Shown here: positions 20,407 through 29,181 of the stretch, piece by piece
How the letters are laid out: each line of letters opens with the position of its first letter
How positions within the stretch are numbered: position 1 is the stretch's first letter
Assembly (NCBI GenBank): GCA_965205485.1
Contig: OZ242180.1
Span: 4,864,001 to 4,928,000, forward strand
Source of the DNA: Candidatus Latescibacterota bacterium
GTDB lineage: Bacteria; Latescibacterota; UBA2968; GCA-2709665
Direction: 5' to 3'
Length of the DNA stretch: 64,000 nt
Notes under the pieces: model-generated
The model's database searches: none
Told to the model about the DNA's origin: nothing
Seen by the model: only the letters and a program-made list of their open reading frames with translations
Position numbers and translations under genes: made by a program

Positions 20407-20964
20407 ATGTCAGGCGCGATCGGCATGATCGAAGTCGAAGGCGTTGCCGGGATTATTCTCGCGTCGGACGCTGCTTGCAAGGCCGCCGGAGTGGACCTCC
20501 TGGGCTGGGAGTCCATCGGCGGATTCACCACAGTCTTTCTCGGCGGATCCATCAGCAGGGTGGCAACCGCGCTCAAGAGCGGCGAACAAGCAGCCAGAGA
20601 GGTGGCGGGGCACGTGGTGGCGGCGCCGATGACACACCCGGAACCCGCCTGCCGGGATTACGTTTCGAATGAAATCGCCACGGAGCGGCGCACGCCGACC
20701 GGCGCGCTGGGTCTGATCGAGACGAGAGGATACGGCGCGCACGTCACCGCCAACGACAATATGGTGAAGGCGGCCGACGTCCGGGTCTTCAACGTGCTCA
20801 CCGTACACAACCGGGTGGTCTGCTCCCTTATACTTGGGGACGTGGCTTCCTTGACCGAGGCCCTGCCCGCGGGTCGCGCGAGCGTCGAGACAGGAGAGAA
20901 TTTCCTCGGCGCCGCCCTCATCCCCAAGCCCCTGCCCGACGTCCTGCGGGCATTCGGCCCCTGA
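20407..20964 (+). CDS. BMC shell protein with two BMC (Pfam00936) domains
   Basis: AIGMIEVEG...DAACKAAGV and ALGLIETRG...DNMVKAADV...GDVASL...IPKP. Confidence 0.92.
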   Translation: MSGAIGMIEVEGVAGIILASDAACKAAGVDLLGWESIGGFTTVFLGGSISRVATALKSGEQAAREVAGHVVAAPMTHPEPACRDYVSNEIATERRTPTGALGLIETRGYGAHVTANDNMVKAADVRVFNVLTVHNRVVCSLILGDVASLTEALPAGRASVETGENFLGAALIPKPLPDVLRAFGP

Positions 20965-20972
20965 GCGCCGTC

Positions 20973-22133
20973 GTGTCCGCACGAAATCATGCCCTGGGGA
21001 TTCTGGAGACCCGCGGCATGACCGCGCTTGTCGCGGCCCTGGACGCCATGCTGAAAACCGTGGACGTCAGGGTCCTGGGGCGTCACGGCGTTGGATCCGG
21101 CTGGCTGACCGTCGTGATCGAAGGCGTCGTTTCGGACGTGGAGGCCGCCATTCGGATCGGGCGATCCGAGGCCGAGAACCACGGCGAGTTGATCAGCGCC
21201 GACGTGATCGCCGGCCCGGCCCCGGGCGCCCTCGCGTCGATGCCGCACATGGCGGGCGCGGGCACGTCGAAACCGGTCGGCTCGCAGGCGATGGGCATCC
21301 TCGAAACACGCGGAATGGTACCCCTCATCCGCGGCGCCGACGCCATGATCAAGAGCGCGCCCGTCCACGTCGCCGGCTGGACTTCCATTGGCGGCGCGCT
21401 GGTTCATCTCGTGGTCCGGGGCGATATATCCTCGGTCCAGACTGCCCTTCAGACCGGTAAAGCGTGTGCGGATGAAGTCGGGGAAGTCTACGCGACCCTG
21501 GCGATTCCCAGCCCTGAAGCGGGTATCGCCCCATTGCTTCCGGATCCGCCGATTTCAAACGGGCGCAAGGAAGACGCCGGGGCGCTCGGTATTCTTGAAA
21601 CAACGGGTTACGTGTCCGCGGTCGGCGGATCGGACGCGATGGTCAAAGCGGCCGACGTCGACCTTGTGCGCCTCGTCATCGCCAGCGGAGGCCGGGTGGA
21701 CGCGCTGGTGAAAGGCGAACTCGACGCGGTCCAGGCGGCCGTGGAAGCCGGTATCGATGGCGCGCGGGAGGCCGGGGAACTGAATGCCTCCTGTGTCGTT
21801 TCCCGCCCGTCTTCCGACATCATGGCCTGCTTCGGCGGGAACACCGTCAGGAATACGTCAGGCTTGCATCAGGCGATGGGACTGATCGAAACGCGCAGCA
21901 CCGTGGCCCTGGTCAAAGCCGTGGATCAGATGTTGAAGTCCGCGGACGTGGAATACGAGGGCCGGTACAAAGTGGGGTACTTTCTCACGGCAAGCGTCGT
22001 CCGGGGAGACGTCGGCGCGGTACGTGCCGCCCTGAATGTCGGCGCCGGGGAAGCGGAGAGGTACGGCGAACTGGTGTCTGCACACCTTATACCCCATCCC
22101 TATCCGGCGCTGGAAGAACGGCTGATCCACTGA
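20973..22133 (+). CDS. BMC shell protein with four tandem BMC domains
   Basis: Four repeats of A[LM]G[IL][LI]ET...D.M.K...G[DVE]...V.AA...P; GTG start without clear SD. Confidence 0.92.
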   Translation: MSARNHALGILETRGMTALVAALDAMLKTVDVRVLGRHGVGSGWLTVVIEGVVSDVEAAIRIGRSEAENHGELISADVIAGPAPGALASMPHMAGAGTSKPVGSQAMGILETRGMVPLIRGADAMIKSAPVHVAGWTSIGGALVHLVVRGDISSVQTALQTGKACADEVGEVYATLAIPSPEAGIAPLLPDPPISNGRKEDAGALGILETTGYVSAVGGSDAMVKAADVDLVRLVIASGGRVDALVKGELDAVQAAVEAGIDGAREAGELNASCVVSRPSSDIMACFGGNTVRNTSGLHQAMGLIETRSTVALVKAVDQMLKSADVEYEGRYKVGYFLTASVVRGDVGAVRAALNVGAGEAERYGELVSAHLIPHPYPALEERLIH

Positions 22134-22161
22134 TCGATCGCTGAATACCCGGGAATGATCG

Positions 22162-23331
22162 ATGATCCGTATTGACGATGCGGTTGTTACCGAACAATTG
22201 CTCAAGGACAGACTGGGCGCTGAGCGGGAAGTCGAAATCTGCCCGCGGGCGAAGCTGACGCCGCTGGCGCTGGACTATCTGGCGGCCAACCGGGTCCAGG
22301 TATCCAGAAGAGAGGCGGCGGCCGCCGGTCCGCGGACTTCAGCGCCGGCCGCCCGTCGGAAATCCGGCGAACGGAAAGAATTCAAGGGCATCTTCTGCCC
22401 CAATATCGTCATTTTCGACAGCAATGACCGGATCAACTACGCGGAAATGGAGCGATATGTCAACTGGCTCATCGAAGCCGGCATCCACGGGTTGTATCCC
22501 AATGGCAGCACGGGCGAATTCGTGCGTCTTTCCAGCGACGAGCGCAAGGAGGTCGTGCGCCTGGTCACGAACGTCAACCGTGGGCGCGTGCCCGTTCTGG
22601 CCGGCGCGAGCGAAGCCAACCTCCGCGACGTGCTCAGAATGAGCGAATACTACGCCGGCATCGACGTCGACGCCATTTCTCTCGTACCCCCGTACTATTA
22701 CGAGATCTCGGACACCAGCCTCTTCGAGTACTTCGCTGAGATCGCGAGACAGACGCCTCTCGACGTCCTGTTATACAATATCCCCCAGTTCACGCAGGAA
22801 CTCACGCTGGACATCATGGAACAGTTGCTTCCCTTCGAGCGAATCATGGGTACCAAAGATTCCAGCCGGGATATGCCGCGGCTGATCAACACCATGCATC
22901 GGCTGCGGGCGCAGCGCCCAGACTACGTGGTCCTGGTCGGCTGCGAGGAAATCCTGTGTCCATCCATTATGATGGGCGCCAGCGGGGGCACGATCGCGAC
23001 CTCCGGCATCATTCCCGAGGTCATTGTGGATATCTATGAAAAGACGCTTGCCGGCGACCTCGAGCGTGCACGCGGCATGCAATGCCGCATCCTGGACCTC
23101 ATCAACCTGATGCTGCTGGGTGTGAACTTTCCGGAGGGATTCAAAACCGGTGTGGCCGTGCGCGGATTCGACGTCGGACCTCCGCGGCAGGCCATGAGCG
23201 ACGAGGAAAAGGAATATCTCCTCAAGCTTGAGTCCCAGATCAGCTGCATCCTCAAGGATATGGGTTACGACGTGAATGGTGCGCGGGCGTGTCCCGTAAC
23301 CGACCTGCCGCCAATTGTCGACCGTACCTGA
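22162..23331 (+). CDS. DHDPS/NAL family class I aldolase/dehydratase with N- and C-terminal extensions (probable BMC cargo)
   Basis: GSTGE, PVLAG, PPYY, LYNIP, Schiff-base K in GTKDSS; extra N-terminal KLTPLALDYL domain. Confidence 0.85.
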   Translation: MIRIDDAVVTEQLLKDRLGAEREVEICPRAKLTPLALDYLAANRVQVSRREAAAAGPRTSAPAARRKSGERKEFKGIFCPNIVIFDSNDRINYAEMERYVNWLIEAGIHGLYPNGSTGEFVRLSSDERKEVVRLVTNVNRGRVPVLAGASEANLRDVLRMSEYYAGIDVDAISLVPPYYYEISDTSLFEYFAEIARQTPLDVLLYNIPQFTQELTLDIMEQLLPFERIMGTKDSSRDMPRLINTMHRLRAQRPDYVVLVGCEEILCPSIMMGASGGTIATSGIIPEVIVDIYEKTLAGDLERARGMQCRILDLINLMLLGVNFPEGFKTGVAVRGFDVGPPRQAMSDEEKEYLLKLESQISCILKDMGYDVNGARACPVTDLPPIVDRT

Positions 23332-23410
23332 CGCGACGGGTTGTTCCGCGGGGGCAATACCCGGAACCCGCCATGATTACATCAACTGAAGTCCTTAACG
23401 GAGAACCTCC

Positions 23411-24355
23411 ATGGCTGAAAACGCGCAGCGGCACAACCTCGTGGACCCGTTCAACCTGGATGCCGGCGACGGCTACGTCTGGCTGAAAGGCAACCTCCAC
23501 TCCCACACGACGAACTCCGACGGCAAGGCGTCGCCCCAGGAACGTCTGGACGGCTACGTGAGCCAGGGGTACGACTTCCTTTGTCTCTCGGACCACTACC
23601 GGATCACCCGGATCGATTCCGTGGATTGTCCGGACGACTTCGTGCTCATTCAGGGCGCCGAACTGCATCCGGACAATCCGTTCGGCGGACAGAAACACCA
23701 TTTTCTCTGCCTGAACATCCACGAGGACCTGGACTCGGAGAACATGCCGCCCCAGCACGTGATCGACGCGGTTCAGGAACAGGGGGGCAGCACGTGGCTT
23801 GCCCACCCGTACTGGAGTTCGGTCAACATCCTGAGGGACACCGTTCCGCTCACGGGATTTGCCGGCGTGGAGGTATTCAACACAACGTGCCGACGCGCGG
23901 GCAGAGGGGAATCCGGCGTTCATTGGGACGACTGGATGGACGTGGAGAACAGGCTGTATCCCGCCCTGGCCAACGACGACTCCCACGCCCTCGAATCGGA
24001 TCATCACGATACCTATGGGGGCTGGACGATGGTACGCGTGAAGGACCGGTCTCCAGGGGCCATTCTCGACGCGCTCGAACGGGGCGCGAGCTATTCGAGC
24101 ACCGGCGCCCAGATTCGGAACATCACCCTGCGAAGAAGCGACGAGGAGAAACGGCCGGTCGAGGCCGCCGTCGAATGCTCCGAGGCCAGGTGTATCCTGG
24201 CCGTTTGCGATACGTTCGGAACCGAATACAGGAATTCCGGCAAATCCTTTACGAGCGCCACGTTCAACCTGCGGCCGGGCGCACGCTGGGTACGTTTCGA
24301 AGTGATCGGAACGGACGGCTCGAAAGCCTGGTCCAACCCGTTCGACCTCACCTGA
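23411..24355 (+). CDS. PHP-family (CehA/McbA-like) metallohydrolase
   Basis: WLKGNLHSHTTNSDG, LSDH, GAE, AHPYWS, VEVFN, NDDSH, AWSNPF. Confidence 0.85.
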   Translation: MAENAQRHNLVDPFNLDAGDGYVWLKGNLHSHTTNSDGKASPQERLDGYVSQGYDFLCLSDHYRITRIDSVDCPDDFVLIQGAELHPDNPFGGQKHHFLCLNIHEDLDSENMPPQHVIDAVQEQGGSTWLAHPYWSSVNILRDTVPLTGFAGVEVFNTTCRRAGRGESGVHWDDWMDVENRLYPALANDDSHALESDHHDTYGGWTMVRVKDRSPGAILDALERGASYSSTGAQIRNITLRRSDEEKRPVEAAVECSEARCILAVCDTFGTEYRNSGKSFTSATFNLRPGARWVRFEVIGTDGSKAWSNPFDLT

Positions 24356-24368
24356 GGCTGGCGTCGCG

Positions 24369-25106
24369 ATGGGACTCATCCTGACACCCGAACAGGTGGC
24401 AGCGTACCGCAAGGACGGTTACTTACTGGTACCGGATCTGCTGACGCCGCCTGAAATCGACGCCTTCCTGGAAGCGCAGGCGGAAACGGTGGCGCCGGAA
24501 ATCCTGGAACTCGGCCTGCGCAGGCACACCGCGGATCCGCAATGGCGTTACCTGGCGTCGCATCCCCGTGTCTCCGGAATCGCGTCTCTGCTGCTGCAGG
24601 GTCCGGCGATGATCGTCCAGACCATGTACATGGAAAAGGCGCCGCGCGGGGGCACGGGTATCGCGCTCCATCAGGACGCACACTATATCAGGAACGAACC
24701 CGGCACGCTCATGGCGTGCTGGCTTGCGTTGAGCGATACCGACAGCAGCAACGGCGGGCTCTGCGTCGCCGCCGGCAGCCACCTGGCCCCCCTCCGGAAT
24801 ACCCGTCCCCCTCGAGACAGCAGCGAACACGCCTCCTGGGTGAAAGATTACGCCATGCGAGGACCCGACGGCACGGAGTGGGCCGAAACCATGCACTCGC
24901 ACGAGGTCGCCGGCGTAAGCCGCGATGAACTCACCTTCCTTACGGTTCCGCGAGGATCGGGCGTCTTCTTTACCGGCAGAACCATCCACGGCTCTTTCGC
25001 GAACCGGTCCATGGGCAGGCCCCGGCTTGCATTCGCCATCCACTATGTGAGAGAGGGTACGTGGGTGTTTCGCCGGGACATCCAGGACCTCGCGCCGGCA
25101 AACTGA
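24369..25106 (+). CDS. PhyH family dioxygenase
   Basis: YRKDGYL, LHQD, NGGLCVAAGSH, IHGSFANRS. Confidence 0.9.
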   Translation: MGLILTPEQVAAYRKDGYLLVPDLLTPPEIDAFLEAQAETVAPEILELGLRRHTADPQWRYLASHPRVSGIASLLLQGPAMIVQTMYMEKAPRGGTGIALHQDAHYIRNEPGTLMACWLALSDTDSSNGGLCVAAGSHLAPLRNTRPPRDSSEHASWVKDYAMRGPDGTEWAETMHSHEVAGVSRDELTFLTVPRGSGVFFTGRTIHGSFANRSMGRPRLAFAIHYVREGTWVFRRDIQDLAPAN

Positions 25107-25119
25107 AGGGACCTCCACC

Positions 25120-26088
25120 ATGAAACGCGTTGCAAAGCCGGAAGGCGAGTACAATATCGTCATCGAAGACGTCCCCGTACCTGAAGTCTCGCCCACGGAA
25201 GTGCTCATCCGGGCGGAGTGCAGTCTGATCAGCCGCGGTTCCGAGATCTGGCGGCGTTATATCCGTCCCGAAGCCATCGACCATCAAGCCATGGGCTACT
25301 CGTTCGTGGGAGACGTTGTCGAGGTCGGCGCCCGCGTGGACGGCTTCTCCATCGGCGACCGTGTGGCGGCTCTTGCGCCGCACGCGGAGTACGTGGCCGT
25401 CGAAGTCGTGGACTCACCCCACCGGGCCCCGGTTGTGCATCTTCCGGACGCGGTCTCCTCGGAAGCCGCGACGTTCTGGCCGCTGAGCACCAGTTCCGTT
25501 CTCTGGATGCGCGAAATCGAGGCCCGCAAGGAAGACACGGTGGCTATACTGGGTCAGGGTCTCGTCGGCTCGATCTGCATGCAGGCGCTGAACGCGGAAG
25601 TGAACCCCCGGGTGATCGCTGTCGACGCGCTTCCCCTCCGGTGCGAACTGGCCGCAAGCCTGGGGGCGGACCACGTGGTGGACGCATCGCGCGAGGATCC
25701 CGTAAGGGCCGTCAAAGATCTGACGGGCGGCGCAGGCGTGGAGATCGCGGTGGAGGCGGTGGGCGGCCGCGCCGGGGCGGCCGCGTTCGCGCAGGCGCAG
25801 GATATGGTGAAACGAAAAGGCCTGATCCAGGTGATCGGCCTGTATGAGGACGAGCCACTACCGCTCGACTCCGGAAAGATCCAGGGCCGGCGGATTGTCG
25901 GCGGGTACTCGGACGGCGGCAGACGTCCTTCGGGCTCCGACCGCGCCCTGCAGCTTCTCGCCCAGAATAAGATCCGCGCCGAAGCAATGATTTCCCACCG
26001 ATTCCCCTACCAGGAAGCGGCAGAGGCCTTCGACCTGCTGTATACGCGCCTGGGCGAAACGATGGGCGTCGTACTTGTATGGAAGTGA
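25120..26088 (+). CDS. MDR family (zinc-binding-type) dehydrogenase
   Basis: SLISRGSE, MGYS, GQGLVG, GADHVVD, ISHRFP. Confidence 0.85.
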   Translation: MKRVAKPEGEYNIVIEDVPVPEVSPTEVLIRAECSLISRGSEIWRRYIRPEAIDHQAMGYSFVGDVVEVGARVDGFSIGDRVAALAPHAEYVAVEVVDSPHRAPVVHLPDAVSSEAATFWPLSTSSVLWMREIEARKEDTVAILGQGLVGSICMQALNAEVNPRVIAVDALPLRCELAASLGADHVVDASREDPVRAVKDLTGGAGVEIAVEAVGGRAGAAAFAQAQDMVKRKGLIQVIGLYEDEPLPLDSGKIQGRRIVGGYSDGGRRPSGSDRALQLLAQNKIRAEAMISHRFPYQEAAEAFDLLYTRLGETMGVVLVWK

Positions 26089-26169
26089 CTGCAGGTGACG
26101 CTGGGCCGGGAAAATGCCGGCTTCCGACCCCGATCGGCCAGCCCATGCATGTCGTAATCCGGAGGTTTT

Positions 26170-27066
26170 GTGAAAAACGGCTTCTATAAGGGCCACGGTC
26201 TGGGCAACGACTACATCGTCATGGACCCGGCGGAACTGGAATTTGAACTCACGCCCGGCAATATCCGCAACATCTGCGATCGCAACCGCGGTATCGGCGG
26301 CGATGGCATCCTCACCCTGGAACCCGGGAATGGCGCCGACTTCGGCCTGCGCATCCTGAATCCCGACGGCAGCGAGGCCGAAAAGTCGGGCAACGGCCTG
26401 CGCATCTTCGCCAGGTTCCTCCACGCCACCGGTCGGACGCGAAAACGCGACTTCACGGTGGACACGATCGGCGGCCGCGTGGAGATCCGGGTGCACCTGG
26501 ACCATCACGGCGATGCCAGCCTCGCGACCGTCGAGATGGGACAGGCCGACTTCGATCCCGTCGCGCTGCCGTGTACGTTGACGGGGGGCGAGCTCATCGA
26601 ACGGCCGATCACCGCCGCCGGCCGCGAACTGAGATTCACGGGCGTCAGCGTGGGGAATCCCCACTGCGTTATCTTCAAAGCCGCGCACGAGTCCTGGACC
26701 CGCGACGACCTGCTCGAACTCGGCCCCGCCCTGGAGAATCACGAACTCTTTCCCAATCGCATCAACGTGCAACTGGCCGTACCCACGGGTCCGAAGGAAA
26801 TCTTCATCCTCATCTGGGAACGCGGCGCCGGCGAGACGCAGGCATCCGGTTCCTCGTCCTGCGCGGCGGCGAGCGCGGCTGTCCGGCTGGGTCTGGCGGC
26901 ATCTCCTGTAACCGTAAACGCGCCGGGCGGCGCCCTCCACGTCGCCGTCGACCCCCGGTTCCACCTGACCATGAAGGGGCCGGTCGCGGAGGTCGCCCTG
27001 GGGGCCCTGAGTCCGGCGTTCGTCAGGGAACTTCAGGACGACAACCGGGTTGACGCCTCCGGGTAA
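26170..27066 (+). CDS. dapF: Diaminopimelate epimerase family, Ser/Ser variant
   Basis: FYKGHGLGNDY, GIGGDG, NPDGSEAEKSGNGLR, VGNPH, FPNRINV, WERGAGETQASGS. Confidence 0.85.
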   Translation: MKNGFYKGHGLGNDYIVMDPAELEFELTPGNIRNICDRNRGIGGDGILTLEPGNGADFGLRILNPDGSEAEKSGNGLRIFARFLHATGRTRKRDFTVDTIGGRVEIRVHLDHHGDASLATVEMGQADFDPVALPCTLTGGELIERPITAAGRELRFTGVSVGNPHCVIFKAAHESWTRDDLLELGPALENHELFPNRINVQLAVPTGPKEIFILIWERGAGETQASGSSSCAAASAAVRLGLAASPVTVNAPGGALHVAVDPRFHLTMKGPVAEVALGALSPAFVRELQDDNRVDASG

Positions 27067-27077
27067 GGCGAAATTTC

Positions 27078-28190
27078 CTATGCCACCCGGTATTTCTCCA
27101 GGGTCTTCTCGTTGATGGTCACACCAAGACCGGGGCCCTCCGGCACAGCCACGTGTCCGTCGACGACTTCGAAGCGTTCGCGCGTCAGTTCGTGGCGCAG
27201 CGGCGATTCCGACATGCAATACTCGAACATCTCCCCGCCGGGCGCCGCGGCGAGCGCGTGAAGCGACGCGGCGATCGTAATCCCGCTCTTGAAACTGTGG
27301 TTCACGACCCTTGCATGGCAGCGGTGCGCCATCCTTCCCACCTCCACCATGGTCGAAATCCCGCACCGCCCAGGGTCGGGCTGTACCCAGTCCAGTCCGC
27401 CTTCCGCCACTAGACGCTCGAATGCGTCGAGCCGCGCTTCCGCTTCACCCGCCGCGATGGGAACGGGACTTTCCTCAGACAACCTCGCGTATCCGCGCAG
27501 GTCGGACGGGTGCAGCGGCTCTTCGAGCCAGAACGGACGGAACTCCGCGAACCGGCGCGCCCGCTTCAGGCCCGTCTTCCAGTCCCATACCTGCCCCGCG
27601 TCGATCAGCACGTCCACCCCGTCTCCGACGCCCCGGCGGGCCTCCCTGACCAGGGCGATATCGGTCTCCTCGTCCTCCCCCATCGGCCCCCAGCCGAACT
27701 TGACCGCGGTAAAGCCCTCCCCCGCAAACCTCCGACCGAGTTCTGCAGTCTGCGCGGGCGAATCGCCGAACAGAATCGAACAATACGCCCGGAAGCGCTT
27801 TTTGTAGGGCCCGCCCAGAAGCCGGTAGACCGGCACATCGCATGCCTTGCCTGCAATATCCCAGAGCGCCTGATTGACACCCGCCATGGCGTGCCGCCCC
27901 ACGCCATCGCCGCCGTAGTAGTTCGTCGCGTCCGTCATTCGTTGCATACACGCTTCCACCGCCAGCGGGTCCTCAAGGTAAAGCGCATTTGCCAGGCCGT
28001 TGCAGATCTGGTGCGACAGGGGCGCATCCACGACGGCCTTGACCGCGGTCGGACAGGAATCCACCTCTCCCCAGCCCGTGAGTCCGGCGTCTGTTTCGAC
28101 CTTGATCAAACAGGTATCCTGCGTACCGTCGCAGGTTTCCGTGACGTGAGGGAGCCGCAACACCATCGCGGTAACGCGAGTGATCTTCAT
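27078..28190 (-). CDS. Mandelate racemase/muconate lactonizing enzyme family (sugar-acid dehydratase-like)
   Basis: GLTGWGE, ALWDIAGK, D/E/E metal ligands in IDAG, LEEP, AGE; PGLGV. Confidence 0.9.
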   Translation of the reverse strand: MKITRVTAMVLRLPHVTETCDGTQDTCLIKVETDAGLTGWGEVDSCPTAVKAVVDAPLSHQICNGLANALYLEDPLAVEACMQRMTDATNYYGGDGVGRHAMAGVNQALWDIAGKACDVPVYRLLGGPYKKRFRAYCSILFGDSPAQTAELGRRFAGEGFTAVKFGWGPMGEDEETDIALVREARRGVGDGVDVLIDAGQVWDWKTGLKRARRFAEFRPFWLEEPLHPSDLRGYARLSEESPVPIAAGEAEARLDAFERLVAEGGLDWVQPDPGRCGISTMVEVGRMAHRCHARVVNHSFKSGITIAASLHALAAAPGGEMFEYCMSESPLRHELTRERFEVVDGHVAVPEGPGLGVTINEKTLEKYRVA

Positions 28191-28408
28191 TTCAAGCCTC
28201 CGGATTTCGAAATCGGTCCGCGCCACGGCGCCAATGCCGAGCGCAATCCCGGGTGTACAGCAGGTTCCGACTGCGCATGATACCCACCCCGCTTCGGCCT
28301 GTCAATCCCCATGCCGGGATTGTGCGCGGGCACCAGAAACGGGTTGCACGGGCGCGCCGTTCACCGTAGATTATCCGCGTCCTGCACTGCACCCTAGGGG
28401 ATGCCGCT

Positions 28409-29170
28409 ATGCCAGCCGTCCAGAACCTGAGCGAAACCTACGAAGCCAATGGCGTGCTGCCTCGAATCGACGTCTTCTCCGAATCCGAGATCGGCGCATT
28501 CAGGGCGCAGTTCGACGAACTCGAAGCCAGAGAAGGCAGAGACGTCTGCCAGGTGGGCCTGCAGTCCCGGCACTTCGACGAGGAATTCATCTGGCGACTG
28601 GCCGCGGACGCGCGCATTCTGGACGTCATGGAACAGGCCATGGGTGAAGACATCCTGCTGCTGGCCACGCACTTTTTCTGCAAGTACCCCGCCCGGGCCG
28701 AAAAGCACTTTGTCGCGTGGCACCAGGACGTCACGTACTGGGGCCTGAAGCCGCCGCTGGCGCATACGGCCTGGATCGCCATCGACGACAGCGACGCGGA
28801 AAACGGGTGCATGCGCGTCATCCCCGGGTCCCACAAGAGCGGGATCGTCACCCACGGCACATCGGAACGCGCGGGAAACCTGCTGAGCATCAACCAGGAA
28901 ATCCCGGACGAACTCGTCGACACCAGCCGCGCGATCGACCTGGAACTCAGCGCCGGCCAGATGTCGGTCCACAGCGGCCAGCTCTTCCACGCGAGCATGC
29001 CCAATACCTCGAACCGGCGGCGTTGCGGCCTTACCGTCCGCTTTATCCCGCCCGAAGCCAGGCAGGTCGAATCCAACTCGATCGGCCAGGACTGGCGGCC
29101 CATCCTGCTGCGCGGCGTGAACCGATACACGCACCATCCCCTCTTTCCCGTGCCGTTTCCAGTACCATAG
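28409..29170 (+). CDS. PhyH family dioxygenase
   Basis: FFCK, WHQDVTYW, ENGCMRVIPGSH, FHASMPNTS..RR. Confidence 0.9.
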   Translation: MPAVQNLSETYEANGVLPRIDVFSESEIGAFRAQFDELEAREGRDVCQVGLQSRHFDEEFIWRLAADARILDVMEQAMGEDILLLATHFFCKYPARAEKHFVAWHQDVTYWGLKPPLAHTAWIAIDDSDAENGCMRVIPGSHKSGIVTHGTSERAGNLLSINQEIPDELVDTSRAIDLELSAGQMSVHSGQLFHASMPNTSNRRRCGLTVRFIPPEARQVESNSIGQDWRPILLRGVNRYTHHPLFPVPFPVP

Positions 29171-29181
29171 AGAGAATCACG

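Noticed and set aside
22162..27066. dapA-dapF lysine biosynthesis operon
   Set aside because: The DHDPS-like protein has BMC-type extensions and catabolic neighbours, and dapB, lysA and asd are absent; co-location is not sufficient evidence
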